DNA from: Pseudomonas phage UF_RH7
Sequence record: OR589135.1
Strand: one strand, 5' to 3'
Length of the DNA: 58,217 nt
A program made the position numbers and the translations under genes. This document shows, in pieces, positions 29,027 through 38,052 of this stretch. The notes under the pieces were generated by a model that worked only from the letters and a program-made list of their open reading frames with translations, had not been told where the DNA came from and did no database searches. Positions within the stretch are counted from its first letter, which is position 1; each line of letters opens with the position of its first letter.

Positions 29027-29248
29027 ATGCCAGTATGGGCGGTTCAGGTCATCATTGCCGTCGTTATGATGGTGGCCAGTTATCTTCTCACCCCGCGGCC
29101 TAAAACGCCGGAGAACAAACCGCAGGTGTTAGAGGCACCGACGGTTTCTGCCGGCCGGGCTATCCCGGTTCCGTTTGGCCGCGTCAGGGTAAAGTCGCCG
29201 AACGTGCTGTATTTCGGCGGCCAGCGAAACGAGGAAATCAAACGATGA
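29027..29248 (+). CDS. Small membrane-anchored protein (N-terminal transmembrane helix).
   Basis: 73 aa. Hydrophobic N-terminus AVQVIIAVVMMVASYLL. Sits where lambda has K and I. Confidence 0.4.
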   Translation: MPVWAVQVIIAVVMMVASYLLTPRPKTPENKPQVLEAPTVSAGRAIPVPFGRVRVKSPNVLYFGGQRNEEIKR

Positions 29249-29466
29249 CAATTTACGTTAAACCACAAGACCTGCCTAACGCGGGTCTCTGCGTAACTGG
29301 GGCGAAGGACTGGTTCCGCCAGTACAACCTGGATTTCCGCGAATTTATCTTCGGCGAAGGTTGCCCGGTAGAGGTGATGCGCGCTGCGGCGCCTAATGAC
29401 CCTCTCGGCGAACGTGCCTGTCAGGAAGCCGAAGCGCGGCATGCCCGCGAACAGGGAGCTGAATAA
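29245..29466 (+). CDS. Small hypothetical tail-module protein.
   Basis: 73 aa. ATGA-type overlap with its neighbours. Confidence 0.4.
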   Translation: MTIYVKPQDLPNAGLCVTGAKDWFRQYNLDFREFIFGEGCPVEVMRAAAPNDPLGERACQEAEARHAREQGAE

Positions 29467-31748
29467 TGGGTGGTAAGGGCAGCAAAAAGGCCGTCGTCGG
29501 CTACAAATACTTCATAACGATGCATGTGGCTATCTGCCATGGTGAGATCGACGCCATTCGCGGCCTCTGGTGGTCAGATAAAAAAGCGTGGGAAGGAAAC
29601 CTCGGTAAGACATCCGACGGCACCAGCGCGACTTTCTGGCAGACGAACACCGGGCTGTTCGGCGGTGATACGTCGGAAGGCGGCGTTGACGGACTGGTGG
29701 AAGTCGGGTTCGGCGGCGGTAATCAGCAGATGATCGGTATCCTGCCGAACGGCACCTACGACCCAGCGGTAATGCCGACGCTCGGCGGACGGTTCGGGTC
29801 ATACTGGCGTCCAGCGTGGCCGGAAATGGCATGCCAGTATCGCGGCCTCGCCGTTCTTTTCATGCACGGAAATTACATCGGCAACAACGCCTACATGAAA
29901 GAGATAAGTGTCGATGTAGAGCGTTTCTGGCGCGGCTGGTTCCCGGAGGTCGCGACGGTGAATGGCCATGCGAATGCGGCGCACATCATCTATGAATCGC
30001 TGACGAACCGTGTCTGGGGATTGGGGTACGACGTCGACTCCCTGGATGACGCGACATTCCGAGCGGCGGCGCAACGGCTTTACGACGAGGGCGTCGGCCT
30101 ATCGCTGCTATGGGACAGCGAGCAAGACCTGCAGGCCTTCATTGACGACATCAAGTCGTGTATCGACGCCTCGTTCTATCTGAACCGCCGAACCGGCAAG
30201 TGGGAACTGAAGCTGAACCGTCCCGGCGACCCGGTGAAAATGACGATCACCCCGGACAACGCCAAGCTGGTATCGTTCACCCGGAAGTCGCTGGGGGAAA
30301 CCTTCAATGAGATTTCGGTGAAATATACCAATCCCGAAACCGAGGATTACGTCAGCGTCACCGTGCAGGATACCGCGAACATCGAGTCGCAAGGCCGCGT
30401 CGTATCAACGACCAAGGAGTATATCGGCGTCCGGGACGAAGGCTTGGCGGTTCAGTTCGGCCAGCGCGACCTGCAGGTATCCTCGGCCACGTTGGCTACG
30501 GCGGAAGTGCTGTGTAACCGGGAAGCGTATGACATGTACCCCGGCGACGTCGGGCACTTCTCCTGGCCCGAGGACGGAATCATCAACCTTCGCATGCGCG
30601 CCGTCGAAGTTACCGTTAAGGCGGGCGGCGACGACCAGATCTCCATGAAGCTGGTGGAAGACGTCTTCGGCCAGGCGAATGGGTCGTTCAATGGCATCAG
30701 CCCGCCTGGCTGGGTTGACCCGCGCCAAAAAGCCACCCTGTTCGACGTTGTGCAGCCGTGGGAATTCCCGTTCTGGTTCGTTGTCCAGGGTTCGGGGATC
30801 TCCGTTGGTTCGCTGCCGACACTGGCCGCATACGGAACATCGTTTGCCGTCGGAACCAACCCAGACGCGCGGGCAGTGCGCCTGTTCGGCCGCCAGAATA
30901 CCCCGGATGGCGCTGCATGGGTGCTGGAGAACATCGGGCCGCAAACGCCTACCGCGACAACGGCCGCCGTGCTGCCACCCGCGCCGACCTCTACGTTCTC
31001 AATCGACCCCGGAACAGCGCGCCTGTTCAACAATATTGAGACGACCAGCTTCCTGGTGATGATCGGCGGCGGACGCCAAGAAATCATGTTGATCACTGCG
31101 GTATCGTCAGACCTGCAGACGTTCACCGTGATGCGCGGCTTGATGGATACGCACCCGTACAACTGGCCGGCCGGCACCCGTATTTTCTTCATGGGCGAGA
31201 ACTCATTCGTTTCCGATTACACACAGCGCTCGCTGGCAGAAACCGTGCAGTACCGTCCGGCCATGCAAACGTCGATTGACCAGATGGACGTCAACAGCGT
31301 GCCATCGGCGACGATCACAATGCGCGGTCGATACGAGCTGCCTTACTCAGTGGCCAACGTCCGCATTGAGGGGCAATACTGGCCGGCAAGCATTAACGCG
31401 GCCGACGTTTCATTCGAGGTTTCGTGGGCGAGCCGTAACCGCTTGCTGCAGGACGCCGCCACGCAGGTTCCGTGGGACGCCGGAAGCATCGCGCCGGAAG
31501 AAGGGACGCTGACGCACCTTGACCTCCTGGACGCCGGGGGAACCGCGGTAGTGGAGCTTCGGAACCTCACCGGATTGACGGCGGCCGTGCCGACTGACAA
31601 TCTGACGTCTGGTTCTTACACCGTGGTAGTGTGGACTACGCGAGACGGCCGCATGAACTACCAGGCATTCCGCCACACGTTTACCATTGACATCCCAACC
31701 CGCGACACCGGGTATGGCAACAGCTACGGCTTCGATTACGGCGAATAA
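29466..31748 (+). CDS. Tail tip / central fibre protein, lambda gpJ-like N-terminal portion (760 aa; lacks the gpJ C-terminal receptor-binding region).
   Basis: N-terminus MGGKGSKKAVVGYKYF versus gpJ MGKGSSKGHTP. Position after the L-like gene. Confidence 0.65.
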   Translation: MGGKGSKKAVVGYKYFITMHVAICHGEIDAIRGLWWSDKKAWEGNLGKTSDGTSATFWQTNTGLFGGDTSEGGVDGLVEVGFGGGNQQMIGILPNGTYDPAVMPTLGGRFGSYWRPAWPEMACQYRGLAVLFMHGNYIGNNAYMKEISVDVERFWRGWFPEVATVNGHANAAHIIYESLTNRVWGLGYDVDSLDDATFRAAAQRLYDEGVGLSLLWDSEQDLQAFIDDIKSCIDASFYLNRRTGKWELKLNRPGDPVKMTITPDNAKLVSFTRKSLGETFNEISVKYTNPETEDYVSVTVQDTANIESQGRVVSTTKEYIGVRDEGLAVQFGQRDLQVSSATLATAEVLCNREAYDMYPGDVGHFSWPEDGIINLRMRAVEVTVKAGGDDQISMKLVEDVFGQANGSFNGISPPGWVDPRQKATLFDVVQPWEFPFWFVVQGSGISVGSLPTLAAYGTSFAVGTNPDARAVRLFGRQNTPDGAAWVLENIGPQTPTATTAAVLPPAPTSTFSIDPGTARLFNNIETTSFLVMIGGGRQEIMLITAVSSDLQTFTVMRGLMDTHPYNWPAGTRIFFMGENSFVSDYTQRSLAETVQYRPAMQTSIDQMDVNSVPSATITMRGRYELPYSVANVRIEGQYWPASINAADVSFEVSWASRNRLLQDAATQVPWDAGSIAPEEGTLTHLDLLDAGGTAVVELRNLTGLTAAVPTDNLTSGSYTVVVWTTRDGRMNYQAFRHTFTIDIPTRDTGYGNSYGFDYGE

Positions 31749-31760
31749 CAGGAGAGCATC

Positions 31761-32528
31761 ATGGCAGCATCACAAGGCCCTAACCTCGGCATTAACTATG
31801 GCTGGAATCTCGGAGAGAACGGCTGGAAACCCGGCATGGATGCCAACCTGAAAACGGTTGATGCGCTCCTGCACTTGGCTGTTAACGGGGTGGTCAATTC
31901 ACCGAGCGTCACGACGAACGGCACTCGTTATCTGGTATCGACGTCTCCCTCTGGCGACTTCGCGGGCCAGGCGGGGAAAATTGCAGTGCGAGTTGCCGGT
32001 GCGTGGGAGTTCTACGCTCCGAAAGCCGGGATGATAGCGCAGGTGATAAACCAGGAAACAGAGTACCTGTATACAGGTGGCCTGTGGAAACTTCGGTTCG
32101 GTGAGCAGACGCGCCTCGATGTTTCTGACCCGGCTGGGTTCCTGCTGCCGGCATCCAACTTCGCCAAGATCCCCCTGAATACCGTTAACGTCGACAACCG
32201 TTCTGGCTGGGACGCCGGCTCTTCCTCTTACACGCCGCCGCAAGACGGGCTATATTTGCTAACAGGCATCGCGCGCCCACGGAGAACGTCAACCGGAGCC
32301 ATCCCCGATAGCATTCCTTTCGCTCTCGGCGTCGGCGGGACTGCTGCTGACTCGGAAAATGTGGTATATAACTCGGGTCCAGTGGGTGGCGGCATCTTTA
32401 CTGTATCGGTTTCCCGCGTTGCCCGATTGACCACCAGCAGCACTGTTTTCCTGTTTGGACGGCATTACCACTCGGCGTCGGTGGCAGTTGACTCGGCGAA
32501 CCTCACAGTGGTCAGGCTCTCCGCTTAA
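31761..32528 (+). CDS. Tail-associated hypothetical protein (fibre or adaptor candidate).
   Basis: 255 aa. Sits between the J-like gene and the large fibre gene. Confidence 0.4.
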   Translation: MAASQGPNLGINYGWNLGENGWKPGMDANLKTVDALLHLAVNGVVNSPSVTTNGTRYLVSTSPSGDFAGQAGKIAVRVAGAWEFYAPKAGMIAQVINQETEYLYTGGLWKLRFGEQTRLDVSDPAGFLLPASNFAKIPLNTVNVDNRSGWDAGSSSYTPPQDGLYLLTGIARPRRTSTGAIPDSIPFALGVGGTAADSENVVYNSGPVGGGIFTVSVSRVARLTTSSTVFLFGRHYHSASVAVDSANLTVVRLSA

Positions 32529-32557
32529 TCACCAGAACTTATTGGAAGGACTTCAAC

Positions 32558-34630
32558 ATGGCAGACCAAGATTACCCGCAGCTATATCAGCAAATGAAGG
32601 ACTCGGCGCAGGCCATGTCCGATGCTGCCGTGGCCAACAAGCAGATGATGACGGCGGATGAAAACACCGACGTGACGATTCCGGGGTATGGGCCGAAGCC
32701 TTCCTACTCCAAACAGATCCTGGCGATGACGCAGAGTGTCATATCCAACGCGCCGTATTCCTTTGCGGGCAAGGTATACGACACCCCGGCTCAAGGCGTC
32801 ACGCAACCGGGTGGCGTGGGCGAAGGGAAGTTCTACAATGCGCGCGTGCCGGGTAACGAAGACGTCTACATCGGGGAGTACCAGAACATCGGCGGCGTGG
32901 CCACTCCGGTTCTGAACTCTTCCGGCCAGCCCATCATCTACCCGACTGACGTGTTCATCCTGAAGAAGTTCAATCAGGTCGTCGACATGGTGAACATGCT
33001 GCTGCCGAACAACGGCATTTTCAACGTCGCCGGCGAGAATGCGATGGAGATCGCCGGCAGCAACAAGACAACGGCCGCGTCGATCGACAAACTCGGCATC
33101 CTAAATCTGTTCGGCGGGTTGAACGTGCTGGATCTTCAGGTTCTTCCGCTCAACCCCAACAGCGAATACTGCCATGCGTGGGGGTCTAAAACTCAAACCA
33201 TCCTTGGTATCGGTAAGGCAGGATGGATTGAGTTCTTTGGCATGTTCCGTCTGCAGATCGTAGAAGGCCCGAACATTATTGAAATCGTTGACATCAACAA
33301 CAAGATGACCGCAGGCCTGGATAAGGACGGAACGGCGTTTACCAAGGGCGTCGACGAGACACCGGAAGGCGATGCCTTCCTTGACTTCGTTGAGCGCATG
33401 CACCTGATCATCTACGGGCAGTCGCTGTCAAACGGTGCTGTTGGCGTTCCGGTATTGAATACGCCGGTTTCCGACGCCCTGATGTTCAATACCGGGGTTC
33501 GGAGCTATCAGAAAAATCCGGCGTCATTAGTCGACCTGAAAGAAAATCAAGAAGGGACTAACGGCGAAACGATCGCTTCCGGGCTTGTCCATGGTTTTGT
33601 CGCTAAGTGCGGCGGGATGTACGGGCGCAAACTTATCCTCAACGCTGGCGGCGTTAATGGTGCGACAATTCAGCAGATCTCGAAGGGCACGGCGTCCTAC
33701 AACCAAGTCATCACCAACGTCACCTGGACGGCGGGTCTGATGGCTACGGAAGGCCGTCAGTACAGCCCGGACTTCATGCCTTATCTGCAGGGCGAGGCCA
33801 ACATGAACATCGGGACGCCGAAGGAGACCTATAAGACGTTGCTATCCACACTCTACAGCGACTTCAACAACGATCTGCGTCCTGTTCGTGGTTCCGGCCT
33901 GGAGATGGTGATGCTGACCTATCAAACATCATCCCACGGCTACTACAACGGCGCGCCGGGGTTCCCGCCGGAGGATATTGCACAGGGGCAGTTGGAATTA
34001 GCGCTGACTCACTCTCACATTGATATGTGGGGGCCGACCTATATGTGCAAGAAAGGCGACTCGACAACGCCCGGCCACGCCAACGTTCACCACAACAACC
34101 ACGGCTACCGACTGCAGGGTCTGTATGCTCAGAAAGTCATCCGCCACCGCCTGCGCACCCGCAGCGCCGAAAACCCAGAAGGCGAGAAGTACATTCCGGT
34201 GCATGCCAAGTCGGCCAAGAAGATAAACGATACAACCGTGCTGGTGGACGTTCACACCTACCACCCGCCATTGGTGATTGATGCATCTCTGGTCACCGAA
34301 TTGCCGGACGGCAATCACGGGGTTGAGCTTCACGATTCCACCGGCCGTTTAACGATCGCCAGCGTTTCTATTGTCGGCGGTACTAAAATCAAGGTAGTCT
34401 CTCAAACAGCAATCGGCTCAGGCGCGTTCGTGGCGTTTGCCTGGACGCCGGATAACCGCGGCCCGCTTGACGAAAACAATAAATACCCTGAATGGTTCTT
34501 CGGGAGAGAAACTGGGGTGAGAACCACGATCCACGATTCTGACCCGGAGACCACTGATCTGGTCAACGAAAACGGCGCGAACTATCCGCTGTTCAATTAC
34601 ATGGCCATTCAAAAACTGGAGATCGTATAA
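32558..34630 (+). CDS. Tail fibre / receptor-binding protein with a possible SGNH/SASA-like esterase motif.
   Basis: 690 aa. GQSLSNG at about residue 280 resembles the GDS(L)/GQSNM nucleophile block of SGNH and sialate-O-acetylesterase-like hydrolases. Low-confidence domain call. Confidence 0.4.
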   Translation: MADQDYPQLYQQMKDSAQAMSDAAVANKQMMTADENTDVTIPGYGPKPSYSKQILAMTQSVISNAPYSFAGKVYDTPAQGVTQPGGVGEGKFYNARVPGNEDVYIGEYQNIGGVATPVLNSSGQPIIYPTDVFILKKFNQVVDMVNMLLPNNGIFNVAGENAMEIAGSNKTTAASIDKLGILNLFGGLNVLDLQVLPLNPNSEYCHAWGSKTQTILGIGKAGWIEFFGMFRLQIVEGPNIIEIVDINNKMTAGLDKDGTAFTKGVDETPEGDAFLDFVERMHLIIYGQSLSNGAVGVPVLNTPVSDALMFNTGVRSYQKNPASLVDLKENQEGTNGETIASGLVHGFVAKCGGMYGRKLILNAGGVNGATIQQISKGTASYNQVITNVTWTAGLMATEGRQYSPDFMPYLQGEANMNIGTPKETYKTLLSTLYSDFNNDLRPVRGSGLEMVMLTYQTSSHGYYNGAPGFPPEDIAQGQLELALTHSHIDMWGPTYMCKKGDSTTPGHANVHHNNHGYRLQGLYAQKVIRHRLRTRSAENPEGEKYIPVHAKSAKKINDTTVLVDVHTYHPPLVIDASLVTELPDGNHGVELHDSTGRLTIASVSIVGGTKIKVVSQTAIGSGAFVAFAWTPDNRGPLDENNKYPEWFFGRETGVRTTIHDSDPETTDLVNENGANYPLFNYMAIQKLEIV

Positions 34631-35335
34631 ATGACCTTACAAATCGTTGTTAAACAGCCGTTCACCAATCCGCTGTTCCCTCCGTCTGACGCGGTATCGC
34701 TTATTTACCGAGATTCCGCTCAGGGGATTTACGAAATGCTTTCGTCCTATGACCGCAGCGGCAAAGGAAACCACCTGAAGGTGAACGGCCATACGTTCGG
34801 GCCGCAAGGTCTCATTTCCACGCCGAACACCGCGCATTACGCCGACACGGGTATCATGCTGCCGAACACGTTTTCCATGATCTTCTCGCACTACATTGCT
34901 GCGGCGCCGACGGCTACCGGGAACATCTATTCTAACCTGAACCCAGGGGCGAATCCGTTCACCGGTACTCGAATGGCAGTTTCGTCTGCGGGCGGTGCCG
35001 GTAGCTTTGCGATCGGCCAACAAGGCGGATCGGCGTTCTTGTTAAATATTGGCGGCATTGTCTCCGGCTGGACGACTTATTGTTTCTCCGTGAATGGCGG
35101 CCACTACCGACTCACCCGTCAAAACGGACAGACGTTCGAGGGTGATATTCCGGGAACAGTAGCGCCGGGCATTGTTCCGGTTCGCCTGGCTGGTGGGTAT
35201 ATCCCAACCGTGAACATTCCGATGGACGGGATTTTGGGTCTGGCCGGGATTTACTTCGAAGATCTGACGGTAGCTCAGCAGCTTGACCTAATCACAAAGG
35301 CACGGCAAATATTAGCTCGGCGAGGTATTGCTTAA
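34631..35335 (+). CDS. Hypothetical tail fibre-associated protein (possible fibre assembly or second receptor-binding protein).
   Basis: 234 aa. Start overlaps the fibre stop (TAAATG). Gly-rich. Confidence 0.4.
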   Translation: MTLQIVVKQPFTNPLFPPSDAVSLIYRDSAQGIYEMLSSYDRSGKGNHLKVNGHTFGPQGLISTPNTAHYADTGIMLPNTFSMIFSHYIAAAPTATGNIYSNLNPGANPFTGTRMAVSSAGGAGSFAIGQQGGSAFLLNIGGIVSGWTTYCFSVNGGHYRLTRQNGQTFEGDIPGTVAPGIVPVRLAGGYIPTVNIPMDGILGLAGIYFEDLTVAQQLDLITKARQILARRGIA

Positions 35336-35345
35336 ACCAATCAGA

Positions 35346-35372
35346 AAAGCGCTCTACACGGGCGCTTTTTTA
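35346..35372 (+). terminator. Hairpin agcgc...gcgct + tttttt after the tail genes, followed by tandem TATAAT hexamers.
   Basis: Read from the sequence. May separate the tail operon from the lysis cassette, with a -10-like tataattataat just downstream. Confidence 0.45.
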
Positions 35373-35405
35373 TAATTATAATTAGTCCGAATCTTATAAC
35401 ACAGC

Positions 35406-35831
35406 ATGGGCAGGGTGATCATAATGTCAGAACCGATTTCTGCAGGAACGGCCACGGCCGTAGTCGGTGGTGTAGCAACCGCCGGCTGGTATGCCGGTAT
35501 CGACGCCGGCGTGGTTGTTTGTGCATTCGCGGGCGCCGTGTTTTACGTCACCCAGGCAAAGGATATTTCGAAGTGGGCACGGTTAGGTTTCTTCCTGGTG
35601 AGCTTCGTAGCAGGCATCGCCGCCAGCAGACCGGCCGCTGAACTAATCTCAGCCGTTGTTCCGACAAAAAGCCAGATCCCGGAAGCCGTCGGCGCGTTGG
35701 CCGCAGCTGCCTCCGCCGTGAACCTTCTGCTGGCTCTGAATGTCAAAACCATTGGCAGCAAGATTTTAGGTTTCGTCGGCTCGGCCATCGCCAACGGCAT
35801 GAATAAGGGCGGAGGGAACGATGGTAAGTGA
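35406..35831 (+). CDS. Holin-like membrane protein (3-4 TMs).
   Basis: 141 aa. Multiple hydrophobic helices. First gene of the lysis cassette. Confidence 0.5.
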   Translation: MGRVIIMSEPISAGTATAVVGGVATAGWYAGIDAGVVVCAFAGAVFYVTQAKDISKWARLGFFLVSFVAGIAASRPAAELISAVVPTKSQIPEAVGALAAAASAVNLLLALNVKTIGSKILGFVGSAIANGMNKGGGNDGK

Positions 35832-36156
35832 AATCCTCGTAACAGGAACCACGGTCGACGTGGTTCTTATCGCATACAACGCGATTGTGTGCTGCATCAC
35901 CTCCCTGGCGCTGATGTTCTTCGAGCGCAATGGGGCGACGCACCGCCGCTGGGCATCGTGGATTGCATGGGCGCTCTGCGTGTCCTACATGTCATTCCCG
36001 ATCCGATTCCTGTTTGGCCAGGTTCTCGCTATAGACTGGTCAACTCTCGTCATCAACACCGTCTTCTGTGCTGCGATCATCTGCCTCCGGGGCAACGTAG
36101 CGCAGCTATTCAAAAATTCTGGAGCCACGCATGGCACTAACGCAAAAAGATTATGA
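35821..36156 (+). CDS. Second holin/antiholin-like membrane protein (3 TMs).
   Basis: 111 aa. Hydrophobic helices. Directly upstream of the endolysin. Confidence 0.5.
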   Translation: MVSEILVTGTTVDVVLIAYNAIVCCITSLALMFFERNGATHRRWASWIAWALCVSYMSFPIRFLFGQVLAIDWSTLVINTVFCAAIICLRGNVAQLFKNSGATHGTNAKRL

Positions 36157-36715
36157 GCAGGCCGCCGGCCGCCTTTCAATTCAGGTCGCCGCGCTGCGGG
36201 CTTTCGCCGAAGTGGAAAGCAACGGCAGTGGGTTTATTGACGGCGTGCGGCCGAAAGTCCAGTACGAACCGCACGTCATGTATCGACGCCTGGTCCTGAA
36301 TAAAGATCGCGCGTTCGCCAATTACGCCCTGGGCAAGTGGCCGGATCTGGTCTCCACTAAGCCCGGCAGCTATCAGTCGCTGAACAAGGAAGACGAGGAC
36401 ATGGGGCGCGCCGCCAAGTTCATCGACCGTCGAAGCGCGCTGGAGGCATCGAGCTGGGGCGCATTCCAGATCATGGGTTACCACTGGAAAACCTGCGGCT
36501 ACGAAAACATCCAGCAGTTCGTCAACGCGCAATACAGCGACGCTGGCCAGCTCGATTCTCTGGTGCGCTTCCTGTTGGCCAACCCAGGCATCCTGAAAGC
36601 CATCCGCGAGAAGAACTGGGCGCGCGCCGCCGAGCTGTACAACGGTCCTGGGTACAAGGCCAATAAGTACGATACCAAACTGGACGCCGCGTTCAGGAAA
36701 TACGGGGGTGTTTGA
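36131..36715 (+). CDS. Endolysin, N-acetylmuramidase-type (DUF3380 / pfam11860-like).
   Basis: 194 aa. Motif AFAEVESNGSGF typical of phage muramidases. Followed by a spanin pair. Confidence 0.6.
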   Translation: MALTQKDYEQAAGRLSIQVAALRAFAEVESNGSGFIDGVRPKVQYEPHVMYRRLVLNKDRAFANYALGKWPDLVSTKPGSYQSLNKEDEDMGRAAKFIDRRSALEASSWGAFQIMGYHWKTCGYENIQQFVNAQYSDAGQLDSLVRFLLANPGILKAIREKNWARAAELYNGPGYKANKYDTKLDAAFRKYGGV

Positions 36716-37098
36716 TGCAGATAGTTAACTGGAAGGGCTACCTGGCCGCCAGTGCAGCGACAGCGGTCATCACGGCCGCTGTTTGCTTTTGGCTCGCCGG
36801 GCGGCATTATCAGCCGACGATCGATAACCTGAACCGCGAGCTGGGAACCTGCAGCACCGCGCGCCAGTCTGCCGAGAACACCGTCGCTTATCAGAACGGC
36901 ACGATCGAGCGAATGAAGGCCGACGCGGACAAACGGAAGCAGGACGGCGATAAGAAGCAGGATTCCGCGGCCTCAGAAGCCCGTGGAGACTATGCAAAGG
37001 CTCAAGAGGTAATGACGGAAGCCGTGGACATGGCGAACGAGTGTAGAAGCGCTCAGGAAGCCTTTGCGAACGAACTGAAACAGGAGCGCGCCAGATGA
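36712..37098 (+). CDS. i-spanin (Rz-like): N-terminal transmembrane helix plus coiled coil.
   Basis: 128 aa. Single N-terminal TM, charged helical periplasmic domain. Confidence 0.6.
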   Translation: MMQIVNWKGYLAASAATAVITAAVCFWLAGRHYQPTIDNLNRELGTCSTARQSAENTVAYQNGTIERMKADADKRKQDGDKKQDSAASEARGDYAKAQEVMTEAVDMANECRSAQEAFANELKQERAR

Positions 37099-37358
37099 TC
37101 AGAATTGCAGCCGTTGTGGCCATCGCTCTATCGATCGCCGCGTGCAGCACCAAGCCGGCGACGCCGACGTTCGTTGAAGTGAAAGTCCCGGTGACGGTGC
37201 CGTGCCAGGCTAAGCCGGTTGAGCAGCCCGTGTTCGCGGTTGACCTGCTGAAGAGTGATGCCAGTATCTCGGCGATGATGAAGGCTTTGAGGGCGGAGCG
37301 CCACCAGCGCATCGGGTATGAGAGGCAGCTGGTGGCAGCGATCGAGGCGTGTCGTTAA
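37095..37358 (+). CDS. o-spanin (Rz1-like outer-membrane lipoprotein), separate (non-embedded) architecture.
   Basis: 87 aa. Lipobox LSIAAC. Pro-rich mature region. Confidence 0.65.
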   Translation: MIRIAAVVAIALSIAACSTKPATPTFVEVKVPVTVPCQAKPVEQPVFAVDLLKSDASISAMMKALRAERHQRIGYERQLVAAIEACR

Positions 37359-37359
37359 C

Positions 37360-38052
37360 TCAGTCTTCCGCGGTTGTGCTTTCATCGAAATCCGATAGGG
37401 ACTTTTCATACCCGGAGTCCCAATCTCTCGCCTTTTGGTGTTCCTTTTCTCTGCTATACGGATTAATGCTGATCTTACCCGGACTCGCTCTGTCGAAAAG
37501 AAAAGCGTTGTAACCTTCGATCCATTCGCTCGAATTAACCGGCGCCTCTCCCTTATCCATGTAGAAATCAGAACGGGCTTTTTCATACCCGGAGTCCCAA
37601 TCTCTGGCCTTTTGGTGTTCTATCTTATTTTTAACCCTGCTGTATGGGTTAACGTTTATTGTAGTCTCGCTCCGACTATCGAGAAGGAAGGCATTATAGC
37701 CTTCGCTCCATTCTCGCGAATTACCCGGCGAAACGAACACACGTCTTTCGTTGGCTTCTATGGCCGATCTTATGGTGGCACGGCGTTGCGCGTCGAAGGA
37801 GTGGCGGACGGATTCCATCGTCAATTCTATCTTCGGGCCAGCCGGCATCTTGACGAACGTGTTGTACACATGGTTGATGTCCACGTTCGGGAACGGCAGT
37901 TCCATAGTGTCGTTGGCCAGCACCATGAACCAGCCATCTTCTAAACGGGTGATCGTCTGCCACGTTTCCCGAACCGCGTCGCTCGGGTCTTGGAAGAGGT
38001 CTTCGTACTGCTGCAGAGTGATGTCAGTGTCTTTGAAGAACAGATATTTCAT
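37360..38052 (-). CDS. Hypothetical protein with an internal tandem duplication of a ~60-aa module (…EW.EGYNAFL.D…NPYSR.K…HQKARDWDSGYEK..SDF ×2).
   Basis: 230 aa. The repeat is visible at both protein and DNA level (about 190-bp period, 37381-37640). Confidence 0.55.
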   Translation of the reverse strand: MKYLFFKDTDITLQQYEDLFQDPSDAVRETWQTITRLEDGWFMVLANDTMELPFPNVDINHVYNTFVKMPAGPKIELTMESVRHSFDAQRRATIRSAIEANERRVFVSPGNSREWSEGYNAFLLDSRSETTINVNPYSRVKNKIEHQKARDWDSGYEKARSDFYMDKGEAPVNSSEWIEGYNAFLFDRASPGKISINPYSREKEHQKARDWDSGYEKSLSDFDESTTAED

